A DNA stretch of 64,000 nt from Chiloscyllium plagiosum (lineage: Eukaryota): NCBI RefSeq assembly GCF_004010195.1, contig NC_057720.1, positions 33,677,503-33,741,502 on the forward strand, given 5' to 3'. The first letter of the stretch is position 1, and each line of letters starts with the position of its first letter. The notes beneath the pieces were generated by a model. The model worked only from the letters and a program-made list of their open reading frames with translations, ran no database searches and was not told the origin of the DNA. Both the position numbers and the translations under genes were made by a program. Shown here one piece after another: positions 1 to 11,421 of the stretch.

Positions 1-770
1 GGCCAGGGTGGTCGGGCTTGTGGATCTTGGGAAGGAGGTAGAACCGGGCAGTGCGGGGTTGCCGGACTATGAGGTTGGAAGCTGTGGGTGGGAGATCTCC
101 TGAGGTGATGGGGTTCTGTATGGTCTGGGAGATGATGGTTTGGTGATGGGGGGTGGGGTCATGGTCAAGGGGGCGGTAGGAGGAGGTGTCCTCGAGTTGG
201 CGTTTGGCTTCAGCGATGTAGAGGTCAGTGCGCCAGACTACCACTGCGCCCCCTTTATCCGCTGGCTTGATGGTGAAGTTGGGATTGGAGCAGAGGGATT
301 GGAGGGCTGCGCGTTGTGAGGGTGAGAGGTTGGAGTGGGGGAGGGGGGTCGACAGGTTGAGGCGGTTAATGTCCCGGCGGCAGTTGGAAATGAAGAGGTC
401 GAGGGCAGGTAATAGGTCAGCGCGGGGTGTCCAGCTGGATGCAGTGTGTTGGAGGTGGGCGAAGGGGTCCTCGGAAGGTGGGCGGGAGTCCTGATTGTGA
501 AAGTAAGCTAGGAGGCGGAGGCGACGGAAGAATTGTTCGACGTCACAGCGTGTATTAAATTCATTGATTCGTGGACGGAGGAGGATGAAGGTGAGTCCTT
601 TGCTGAGGAATGATCGTTCGTCCCCAGTGAGGGGGAGGTCTGGGGGGGATGGTGAAAATTCGGCATGGCTGGGAGTTGGAATCTGGTGTGGGTGTAGAGC
701 TGGGAGTTGGGGCGGAACCTGTAACTGGAGTGGGTGTGATGGTGGGGGGAATGGGGAATTTATTTGCCAA
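1..770 (-). mobile_element. Penelope-like element (probably Neptune-type), N-terminal part of RT ORF, frameshifted, runs off window start
   Basis: Minus-strand translation gives ...IKPADKGGAVVVWRTDLYIAEAKRQL...PRTARFYLLPKIHKPDHPG, typical PLE RT N-terminal motifs (ADKG, LPKIHK). Confidence 0.9.
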
Positions 771-1102
771 AAGCAGCCAACATAATCAAAGACTCTTCCC
801 ACCTCGGTTATACTCTTTTCCACCCTCTTCAGTTGGACAGAGACACAAAAGTTTGAAAAAAATTACCAATAGATTAAAGAACAGGTTCTTCCCTGCTGTT
901 ATCAGACTTTTGAATGGACCACTCATGTACTAAAGTTCATGTTTTACTGCACCTTCTCTGTAGCTGTAACAACATATTCTGAATTCTGTTCTATTATCCC
1001 GATGTATTTACATATAGAATTATTTGCCTGGATAGTGTGCAAAACAATACTGTTCACTGTATCTCAGTACATGTGACAGTAATCAAATCAAATAAAAAAA
1101 AA
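761..1102 (+). mobile_element. Rex1/Babar-type LINE 3' end
   Basis: Peptide KAANIIKDSSHLGYTLF...RHKSLKKITNRLKNRFFPAVIRLLN resembles the Rex1/Babar C-terminus; followed by 3' UTR and A-rich tail. Confidence 0.7.
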
Positions 1103-2074
1103 TGGGAGAGTGATAAAGATTATAGGAAGATGGGCAGCTCATCTTGTCACTGGATCATGTATATCCTTAATTAGCAAAGTATTAGTAAGTTTGACCAGAT
1201 CAAACTCCAAGTTAAATTGTAAGTTTAAAAGCATTAAAACCAATCCTTGGTAAAGGTAAAGTGATTATCACAGCCATTAAGCATTACTGCCATCTTGCAA
1301 CAGAAGTAAAATTAATTTGTTTAAATCTTTTATTGCATAAATATATGAAATTAACCATTACCCAAGAAATAGCACACACGGATCATTTATGACAAACTTT
1401 CAAAGTATACTGATGTAAGAGGGATTTCTTCCATGCTGTCTAACTTTTTCATTCTTTACTTTCTTCACCCTTGTTCAGTCACTGCTGGAAGTGACTTTCT
1501 AACAGATTGAAATAATGGAAATTTCATGCTGAAGATATGATTGAAGCTGTTTTATGAGTAAGGCCCTTAATTAATTGGCCAAATTATGGTGAATTAATGG
1601 CACTTACACTATTCGTTTGCAAAACTCCAGCAATTTGTGGGGAAGAAGAGATGTGCTAGGGTGTTCCAATTCTCTGTTGGCCTTGACAAAACAGAAATAA
1701 ATCATTACTTTACTATGAGCCTTGTCATTGGAAGTAATTGAATGCCATGAAATTGATAGATATGTACTGTAGATGAGAATTAATCTTGCCATTGACACAA
1801 GCACGAGGTTAATGAAAGGATTAATGGGTCTGCCATGAAATTCAACCTTGAAAGCCCAGCGGGAAAGTGACAAAGTTTTAGCCACTCTCTGCAGCAGGTC
1901 ATGAATTGTTCTGAGAGAATTTTGAGATTTATTTAAATTTTCTTTTGGCACTTGCTCTTGCGTGCGAGTTTTGTCAATCTTGCAGCCCTTTGTGCCAGAA
2001 GGCAGTCATTTTTAGGGAAGCGAATGCAAGATAAATAGATTTCAGAAATAATTTTATGATTCAGTACATGAGAG

Positions 2075-2605
2075 AGATCATTTCCATATTGTATAGTTTT
2101 GGACACCGCATTGCCAAAGGGATGTGGATGCTTTGGAGAGGGTGCAGAGAAGGGTTTATGAGGATGTTGCCTGGTACAGAAGGTGCTAACTATGAAGAGA
2201 GGTTAGTATTGTTTTCATTAGAAAAAAGGAGATTGAGTGGGGGACCTGATTGAGGTCTACAAAATCATGAAGGATATAGTCAAGGTGGTTAGAGATAAGC
2301 TGTTTCTCAGGGTCAGGGATTCAATAACGAGAGGTCACGCGTTTCAAGGTGAGAGGAGAAAATTTAAGAGGGATACACATGGAAAGTACTTTACACAGAG
2401 AGCGGTCGGTGCCTGGAACACGTTGCCAGCAGAGATAGTAGAGGCAGGCAAGGTAGATTCATTTAAGGTGCGTCTGGACAGATGCATGAGTAGGTGGGGA
2501 GCAGATGGAATTGGTCGATAGGTTTAGACAATAGGTTTGGATCGGCACAGGCTTAGAGGGCCGAAGGGCCTGTTCCTGGGCTGTAAATTTTCTTTGTTCT
2601 TTGTG
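2075..2605 (+). mobile_element. CR1 LINE 3' fragment
   Basis: GDLIEVYKIM...FTQRAVGAWNTLP C-terminal motifs; 3' end gggccgaagggcctgttcc followed by (ttctttg)n tail. Confidence 0.9.
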
Positions 2606-2724
2606 TATTTTATCTGCACTGCGTACAGGCACGGCAAGAACTATAGTAATTGTAGACGATGGGTCTCCATCATTGATTGTTATACGAAAACAGACACAAA
2701 GCAATTTACATGAATGGTTTTGGG

Positions 2725-3150
2725 GTGAGAAACTTCATTTATGAGGATAGGTTGAAGAAGTTGGGACTGTTTTCCTTGGAGGGATGAAGGATAAGAGGAG
2801 ATCTGACAGAGGTTTACATGTGTGGGCTGGACAGAGTAAATAGGGAGAAACTGGTCCTATGTGTAAAAGAAACAAGAATGAGAGGGCATCGATTTAAAGT
2901 GATTTGCAAAAGGAGCAAAAGTAATATGAGAAAAAAATCTTTTCACTTGGTGAGTAGTTAGGGTATGAAATACGCTGCCTGGAAACGTGATGGCAGCTGG
3001 TTCAGTTGAGGCATTCGTTGTGGCATTGAACAATTATTTGGATAAAAATGTGCAAGGGTACAGGGAGAAAGCAGGAAATTGGCACGAGGAAATGATCTCT
3101 TTGAAGAGCTGATGCAGCCTCCTTTCTTTACTGTAATACTAATGTGATTC
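2725..3150 (+). mobile_element. Old CR1 LINE 3' fragment
   Basis: Decayed YEDRLKKLGLFSLE...RGDL and downstream CR1 C-terminal sequence. Confidence 0.7.
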
Positions 3151-3519
3151 TGCCTGTAATAGGCTCATTAAAACTTATCTTATTGTCCAAGCTTTTGACA
3201 AATCCCCTTATACATTTCCTTCTGTTTCTTGGTGTCAGATTTAGCTTTGTAACCCTAGATAAACAAGTTTGTTTTATAGTTGTTGCTGGTGCAATGCTTT
3301 ACTCCCTTGCATTACTTCCCATACAACAAAGGATGGCTAATGAGCCATTCATTAGTATCAAGATCGATCAGTACCTCAATTCCATTAAATTGCAATTATG
3401 TCATTTTTAATAGTTCCCTTACCGAATAACACTCTGACAATCACATTCTTGATCATTTCAATTGACCCAGTATCCAGGAAAGTGAGTTTTGGGCTTCCAT
3501 CAGACTTTGCGTGTCAGCT

Positions 3520-4170
3520 AGCACTGGCCAGAAAATGACCATCTCCAGCAGGAGAAAATCTCACTATCGGCCCTCGACATTGAACAGCATTACCAGTGCT
3601 GAATTCCCCAACTTCAACATCTTGAGCTTATCAGACACCAGGAGCCCAACATATAAACAGTCTGGCTACAGGCACAGGACAGAGGCTGGGTATTCTATAA
3701 TGAGTAGCTCACCTCCTAGCCTGCCCACCATCTACAAGGGACAACTAGGAGTGTGATGGAATACTCTGCACTTACCTGGATGAGTGCAACTCCACCAACA
3801 CCAAGAATCGGAACACTTCCCAGGGGAATAAAAAAAACCCACATCTTTGCCACCCATTCACTATAGTTAATGTTCATATTCTTCATAATAACTATACCAT
3901 TGACAAAACACACTTCAACAACACAGAGCTCCTTTAGCAGCATGTTCAAAACACACTCACTCACTCACTCACTCCAAGAAATACATACTTGCACACCACC
4001 TTGACTTTGAAATATGTTGCCTTTCCTCTATTATCACTGGACCTCCCACCCGAACAGGATTGTGGGTATACCTACACCATGAAGACCTCAGTGGTTCATC
4101 ACCACCTTCTCAGGGACAGTCAAAGATAAATGATAAATATAGGTCATGTCAGCAAAGCCACTTGTCCATT
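3520..4170 (+). mobile_element. Old CR1-clade LINE (family B) 3' fragment
   Basis: Homologous by eye to 20610-21360 and 58460-59160 (atgaccatctcc..., gtgatggaatactc, caccaccttctc...gggaca). Confidence 0.7.
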
Positions 4171-5074
4171 CTCAAACATTCAAACTGAACCTTTAAAGTT
4201 ACATATGACAGCTAGTGCTGTAAAAAAGTGGCATGTCCTTTGCCTGAGTCTACTCCTCTCTGGAGTTTCTTGGTGCTCACTGTGCGTTCCTGTAAAGGTT
4301 GTACGGAGTCAGATTCCAGTAGAAATATGCAGCAGTGCTGCGTTGGGTAAAGTTATGACTGCTGCAGCAATTTGATGATTATTGCCACTATTTGGAAGAT
4401 CCAGATGAATGTTTACTGCATGCACTCTTCAACAACAACAATAAAACCAGAAGTTGCTGGAGAAGCTCAGCAGATTTGGCAGCATCTATGAAGAAATCAG
4501 AGTTAATGCTTGTTTACTGGTAGCTAGACTATGTTTATTTGTAATAGTAATTCTTGTTCAGTACAAAAGGCATGTCTGTCCTTTTTGACAACCTGATTCG
4601 AAAAGGTAGGAAAATTGGGAAAGTCTTTTTTTTAAACCCTTAAATTTTGTGATGACTCTGGGAAATAGTGATTTCCAATGTGCTACATAACAAAAGAATC
4701 CAATAGTTTTGATCCTGTAAGTACCAACGATATAGGCCCCTCACAATGTCCTTCTTAGTTCTACCTGACAGGGCAGAGGCTGAGAGCACGGTTCCCCCAC
4801 ATGAAGGAATCAAGAATTAGGAAATTCAGATCAGAAATAAGGCCTCTTCCATTTAGGTGGAGAAATGTAAATTCTCTCAATGTCATTGGTCTTTAGAATT
4901 CTCTTTCACATGGAGCAGTCGAGGCTGGGTCATTTGAAAATATCCAAAGCTGGGTTAGAAAGATTTTTGATTCCCACAAAGAAATTGTTCGGAGGAAGAT
5001 CACTCAACCCAAAATGTTAACTGAGCTTTTTCAGCAATTACTGTTGCTGTAATGTTTGATAATCTTATTGGAGC

Positions 5075-6425
5075 CTTTTGGGAATATTACTGAGAGCCAG
5101 TGGATGTGGGGTATTTAGATTTGTAGAAGTCTTTTGGTAATTTCCTACACTGGAGGTTAATAAATAAAGTTAGAACGTGTAGGATTGGGGTGAATGTAGT
5201 GATACAGATTGAGAATTGTTATACAGACAGAAAGCAGAGAGTTGAAATAAATGGATCATTCTCAGGATGGCAGGCTGTCACTAGTGAGATATCACAGGAT
5301 CGGTGCTAGATTCAAAACTGTTCACAATCTATATAAATTGTTTGGATGTAGGGACCAGTTATAATATTTCCAAATTTGCTGAATATACCAAACTAAGCAG
5401 AAATATACATTATGAAGAAGATTCAGGAGGTGTCGAGATTTTGTACTGGCTAAGTGAATGGTCCAGAATATAGCAGGTAGAATATAATGTGAATTAGTGT
5501 GAAGTCATTCACTTCAGCGTTTGAAAGAAAAGACAGGCAGAATGTGCCATAAATAGTGGGAGGTTGGGAAGTGTTGATATCCAAAGGCACCTGGATGTCC
5601 TTCATTAACATTTGGCATGCAGGTGCAGCAAACAGTTGGTAAATGGAAGGTTAGCTTTTGTGTTAAGGTGATTTGAGTATAGAAGTGAAGATGCTTTGCA
5701 GAAGTTCTCACCTGAAATATTGTGCATAGTTTTCGATCCCTCCTCTAAAGAGGGATATACTGATTGTAACTGCTAACATTCTTCGAGGGCATGACAAGGT
5801 GGATGTAGCTAAGATATTAGTTGGTGCATCTGAGTTCAGAGGCTGTAATCTCAGGATAAGGGCAAGACCATTTAGCGCTGACGTGAAAGGACTTTTTTTT
5901 TGCTCAGAGGGTAGTGAATCTTTGGAATTCTTTACCACGGAGGGACATGGAAGCTCAGTCACTGGGCATGTTAAAGACAGAAATTGGTGGGTTCTGGACT
6001 CCAATGGCATGAAGGATTGGGAAAAGTCATCGAAGTGAATGCTCAAGACCGTGTGGGCAGCACGGTGGCACAGTGGTTAGCACTGTTGCCTCACAGCGCC
6101 AGAGATCCGGGTTCAATTCCCCCCTCAGGCGACTGACTGTGTGGAGTTTGCACGTTCTCCCCGTGTCTGCGTGGGTTTCCTCCGGGTGCTCCGGTTTCCT
6201 CCCACAGTCCAAAGATGTGCAGGGTCAGGTGAATTGGCCATGCTAAATTACCCGTAGTGTTAGGTAAGGGGTAAATGTAGGGGTATGGGTGGGTTCGCTT
6301 CGGCGGGTCGGTGTGGACTTGTTGGGCCGAAGGGCCTGTTTCCACACTGTAATGTAATCTGTAATCTGTAACCTGATTGTATGTAGCACTGACGAAATGG
6401 GCTGAATGGCTTGCTTCTGTTCCGA
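5075..6425 (+). mobile_element. Old CR1 LINE RT/3' fragment, interrupted by an HE1 SINE at 6055-6370
   Basis: Decayed VDVxYLD, ISKFA and WNSL motifs; CR1-like 3' end resumes after the SINE (gggctgaatggc). Confidence 0.7.
6055..6370 (+). mobile_element. HE1-type tRNA-derived V-SINE, full length
   Basis: A box tggcacagtgg, B box ggttcaattcc, V-domain tgtggagtttgcacgttctccccgtgtctgcgtggg, CR1-like tail gggccgaagggcctgtttcc + (taatctg)n. Confidence 0.92.
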
Positions 6426-6775
6426 TTTTGAGGAATGTTTAAAAGACTGATGGACGTGATGGGAAAAATGTCAAAGATTTTAGCAAGGTTAGAAGTGAGA
6501 AAATAATCTGCTCACCTTATGCAATTGCACATTGTCTGGTACACGCTTCAAGGCACGATTAACTTGTAGAAGGACTGAGATTTTTGACTTTTGCCCAAAA
6601 CTGGTCAGAGACAAGGGACGTGACTGTACTCTTCACCCTGAGCCAGCATCAGGAGAGCTGAACCGTTTGGGCCTCACTGCCATGTTTAAATCACAGCAGC
6701 ACAGTTCATCTGAACATCCCCTAGCTGCTGCTAAAACAATTATCTAATACAACTGTGTTCAGGTTTCATTCTTCA

Positions 6776-7606
6776 AGATCGGTGCTGGGCCCTCTACTTT
6801 TTGTCATTTACATAAATAATTTGGATGTGAGCATAAGAGGTACAGTTAGTAANNNNNNNNNNNNNNNNNNNNNNNNNNNNNNNNNNNNNNNNNNNNNNNN
6901 NNNNNNNNNNNNNNNNNNNNNNNNNNNNNNNNNNNNNNNNNNNNNNNNNNNNNNNNNNNNNNNNNNNNNNNNNNNNNNNNNNNNNNNNNNNNNNNNNNNN
7001 NNNNNNNNNNNNNNNNNNNNNNNNNNNNNNNNNNNNNNNNNNNNNNNNNNNNNNNNNNNNNNNNNNNNNNNNNNNNNNNNNNNNNNNNNNNNNNNNNNNN
7101 NNNNNNNNNNNNNNNNNNNNNNNNNNNNNNNNNNNNNNNNNNNNNNNNNNNNNNNNNNNNNNNNNNNNNNNNNNNNNNNNNNNNNNNNNNNNNNNNNNNN
7201 NNNNNNNNNNNNNNNNNNNNNNNNNNNNNNNNNNNNNNNNNNNNNNNNNNNNNNNNNNNNNNNNNNNNNNNNNNNNNNNNNNNNNNNNNNNNNNNNNNNN
7301 NNNNNNNNNNNNNNNNNNNNNNNNNNNNNNNNNNNNNNNNNNNNNNNNNNNNNNNNNNNNNNNNNNNNNNNNNNNNNNNNNNNNNNNNNNNNNNNNNNNN
7401 NTGCCAGAGGATGTGGTGGAGGCTGGTACATTTGCAACATTTAAGAGGCACTTGGATGGGTATATGAATAGGAAGGGTTTGGAGGGATATGGGCCAGGTG
7501 CTGGCAGGTGGGAGTAGATTGGGTTGGGATATCTGGTCGGCATGGACAGGTTGGACCGAAGGGTCTGTTTCCATGCTGTACATCTCTATGACTCTATGAC
7601 TCTATA
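6776..7606 (+). mobile_element. Young CR1 LINE (family A), 5'-truncated, spans N gap 6853-7401
   Basis: [13 protein letters not shown] motif; 3' tail ctctatgactctatgactcta near-identical to copies ending near 18930, 34355 and 38190. Confidence 0.92.
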
Positions 7607-10600
7607 AGAGTTAGGTGGATGGAATATTATATATTTGTAGATGTTTTAGTGGGGTTTGGAAAGAGGTATGGCAAGCTGAGGTGAAAATCAAATTTGCTGA
7701 ACATTAGTAATTGCTTGAAGTTGAACCAAAGGGAAGGTACCATGGCAAGGGACCAGGATAGGGCTTGAGTGTAGGACAGTAAATCTCTGAGGATTTCAAA
7801 GAAGAGGTGTTAGTGCTGGAGTTCTTTGGGTTACTTGGAGGCAACACAGCCAATAGCTTGTTAGCACCAGGCCTCTGCTGCCACCCAGACAGTTTTGATG
7901 AGGCAGATGGTGGAAAACATTACAAAGGCAAGAGTTTCAACCAGAAGGAAAGTGCCACATGTGAGGAAAACTTTGATCAAAGCATGGATATTTTCATTCT
8001 TTGCACATCTACGTATGGATGTTACGTATCTCCATCTATCCATACCTATTTCATCAACAGCTACAATGTAACTAAATCATTATTTTCTGTAGATATTCTA
8101 CTGAACCGATCGAGATGCAAGGTAATTGTCCTCAACAAGTGTCATACCAAACTTGAAACATTAACTGGGTTTTTCTCTCACAGACCTGCGGAGGTTCACC
8201 TGCATTTTCTGCTTTTATTTCAGATTTCCACTGTCTACGGTAGTTTGTTTTTGTTAGATGCAAATTAACTCTAATTGAATGCCCTTCAAATGTGAGAGAT
8301 ACACTGGGCATGAATGGTTTGATGATTTTGCTTTTAATGGAGTTGTGCTATCTTTGAGAATATTCTTCCAGTCGGGACAAATGCAGCCTTGTGTTCAGTG
8401 GTCAGTGACCTGTGCCCACTTGCCTGATTTTCCTGAAGGTGGCCAATGAAGAGACCACGTTGAGGAGCACATAAGGAGAGTGTATGGATTCCTGAGGCTG
8501 CAGATCAAATCAGCCTAAGCAGCTACTGGCAGTATAGCTAATTCCCTTTAGGGAAAGAAATCTACCATCTTTATTTGGTTTGGTCAGACTCATAGCAATA
8601 TGGTTGCCTCTTGGGGATGAGTCTTGCGAGTGATATCCCTTGAGTTAATACAAAATAAGCAAATGATGCATTGTAGTCGAATCTTAAATAACTTTCATTT
8701 CATATAAGTGATTGTATCTAGATTTGTTCTGGATATTTTACCTCATGTGGAAGATAATTAGCTACCTATTATCCTGCAGGGTACAGGGCATCTCGCTGTG
8801 GTGGTCATCTGGCTGGTCATGAGAGGGTGTCCGCCATGCAGAGATTAGCACTCCATTGGAGGCTCTTCTGAGGACAGGAAAATCCCAATGGAGTCCTCCC
8901 CACAGCATAGTTAGCCTCCTAATTGCTACTAATTAACTAGCTCGATGAGTCGCCTTTGCCTGTGTTAGGCTACCTGTGACACGATTCCCTGGAAACCAGT
9001 GTCAGGTCAGCAACCCAGTATGGATTATTCCCATTCTTGGTCTGAATGCCTTATTATTTTTCTGATGTTTTATTTTTACTCAGCCAGTGTTTTGTATTGC
9101 TGTCAATTCTGATTGCTTGAACCGCATCCCACAAATAGTGATGTTCTATCATTAATTCCAGGTACTGGTAATTGAAGTGGTCACACTGAGTTCCTAGCTG
9201 ATGTTTCTTGGCATTGGTTATATTCTTACAATTATCTTCTGTTGTTTGCTTCTTCCTACTACTTTTTTGGCTTATTGAATCACTCTTCATATTTGTTTTC
9301 AGTTGTTCGTCAGTTGTGCAGTTGATTACTATTCAGGTCAACTAAGACATTCGAAACGCACCTGAATGCAATCATTAATAAGATATATAAGGTCAGGACT
9401 TGACCCTCAACAAGAGTTGCAATTAACTACCATTAACCCACCTATGCTGTACAATAATGAAATCACCAATGTGATGTCTCTGTTAAATCCAGTTCCCGGA
9501 ATAATTTAAGGAATGGTGAATACCTGTCTTGGGTCTGAATCGCCATTAATGTTAGAAATCCAAATTCCAATCTCAGATGTCCATTTGGGTGAAGATAATT
9601 AGGTGGAAGTCCTAATACTGTAACTATCACCTGACCCTGCAGTCAGTGCAATACATTTATTGTAATCTTTGTTGCAGGCTTTATATATAATGTTGCATTA
9701 AACTATTTCAGTTTGTCATACATTAAACATTCAAATGATATTAATAACAATCAATATATATTTGGTAACAGCTTTAGTAATTGTTTTTAACTTGTTGGTT
9801 TTCTCCTAACTTTCCGGATGTCCTCCAGGAGTTTCATGACATGTCCGACTGCTTTCATTGTGAGTTCTGCTTCCCACAGATCGATAAGTTAAAAATGAAT
9901 GAAATGGGTTTAGAGGTACAAACCAAACAGAGTGCTCGAGGCTTGCTTTCCTGACCCTTCAAAATGCCAGGAGGGACGGCAAGGTCACCCTCTCAGAGTG
10001 AGAGAGCGAGAACTCGAGAGAGAGGGTGAAAGAATCAAAAGTGGTGAGGTCAAGCCACTGACTTGGAGTTTTGATAGCACAGAATGCTTAGCTCCTTTTA
10101 TAAGTGGCCGATGTAAAAGATGGAGCTGCCGATTATTACACGCAATCAGGGTCAGAGTCCAGACATGCATGCCAGGAGAAGGCCATATGTGCCACTGAGA
10201 ATGCAAGTCTAGGTCATCCCAGGGTGTAGGGCTATCAGCTGGCAATATTGTCTAGATTAGAGTGATGCTGGAAAAGCACAGCAGGTCAGGCAGCATCCAA
10301 GGAGCTGTCTTCCCAGGCCCTAGTGATTTCCCTGCTCTGCCTCCTTCTCCCTTTCCTCCAATTATACCTTAGTACATGTTTGGGAAAATAGAAGTTACCT
10401 CAAACCAATCACTGGCAGCACAGTCTGGGACCCATGGTAGCTGAATGCTAAATGATTTTCAATCACCTCTACTCCTATGTCATGTGAAAATCTGCACATA
10501 CAATCAGTGCGACATGTTGCCTAATGTAAGCCTTTCTTTGAGAGTCTTAGTGACTGCAGTCATTGATAACTGGTCTGGTTTCCATTATATTTTGGTGTTT

Positions 10601-10639
10601 AATTCTTTGGTTTTATGGCTTATAATGGGGAAGAAAGCT

Positions 10640-10880
10640 ATCAACTGCAGGGAGCTATCAGTGGAATGGTCAGATGAACAGAAGTGGCAAATAGCATTCC
10701 ATCTGGAGAAGTGTGAAGTAGTGAATTTGAGAAGGCCACACAGGTCAAAGTAATACATAACAACAAATGATAGGTGCTAAAAAGTGTCGAGGAACAAAGT
10801 GACTGTGGTGTTCATGTCCATAGATTCCTAAAGGTAATAGGACAAGTAGATAAAATGGGAAAGAACATATACCAATCCAT
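10640..10880 (+). mobile_element. Old CR1 LINE fragment
   Basis: KWQIAFHLEKCEVV motif (CR1 WQMxFNxxKC). Confidence 0.65.
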
Positions 10881-10919
10881 CAGGCATGATATTCCGACTT
10901 GGGTCATGTAGATAATTAA

Positions 10920-11421
10920 CAGACTTTGGGATCCAGGAGATTAATTACTCATTCCATAATCCCCAGTCTTGCATCTGCCCTTGTAATCACAATGTTTGTG
11001 GCCTTGGACAGAGGAGGGAGGAGGTAAATGGGAAGGTGCCTTGCGGGGTGGGAGGGGGGGAAACAAGGAAATGAGCAAGTGTTCGGAGTGATGGAGGAGT
11101 AGGCTATGGAAGGATAGATCCCTGTGAACGCTGACAGGGGAAGAGAGGGGAAGATGGATTTGCTTGTGGAAGTTGACTGCAGATGACTGAAATGATGCGA
11201 TCTTTTGAATGCAGAGGCTAGTGGGAAGAAAGTAAGGGCAAGAGGAATCCTGTCCTTGTTCGAGGAGGAAGGGTTTCGGGGGGGTGGTAGGGTGGGGCAG
11301 TTGTGTGGGAAATAATTTGGATGCAGCTGAGGGCCCTGTCAATCACGGGTAATGGGTGGGTGGGTGGGGAAACAATCCTTGTTTGAGGAAAATGGGGACT
11401 TGGCCTGTGGAAGGTGGCATC
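10920..11421 (-). mobile_element. Old Neptune-type PLE fragment, left part (split by the CR1 at 11422-14322)
   Basis: Reverse complement resembles the PLE linker region at 29500-29940; continues at 14323-14600. Confidence 0.65.

Noticed and set aside
6055..6125. tRNA-like A/B box sequence
   Set aside because: SINE head, continuous with V-domain and LINE-derived tail; not a tRNA gene
6027..6345. Recurrent short ORFs (RKPEHPEETHADTGR family; also near 22333, 39362, 40596, 45043)
   Set aside because: Antisense translations of the HE1 SINE V-domain, not a protein family
6755..7583. Long ORFs of 200-490 aa here and at 16953-18210, 27200-27921, 35622-37088 and 51356-52048
   Set aside because: Length comes from reading through N gaps; the real flanks are CR1 or PLE sequence
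7807..8268. 153-aa ORF in unique sequence
   Set aside because: GTG start, no recognisable domain, ends in low-complexity T-rich sequence
9054..9290. 78-aa minus-strand ORF
   Set aside because: No recognisable motif or convincing splice context
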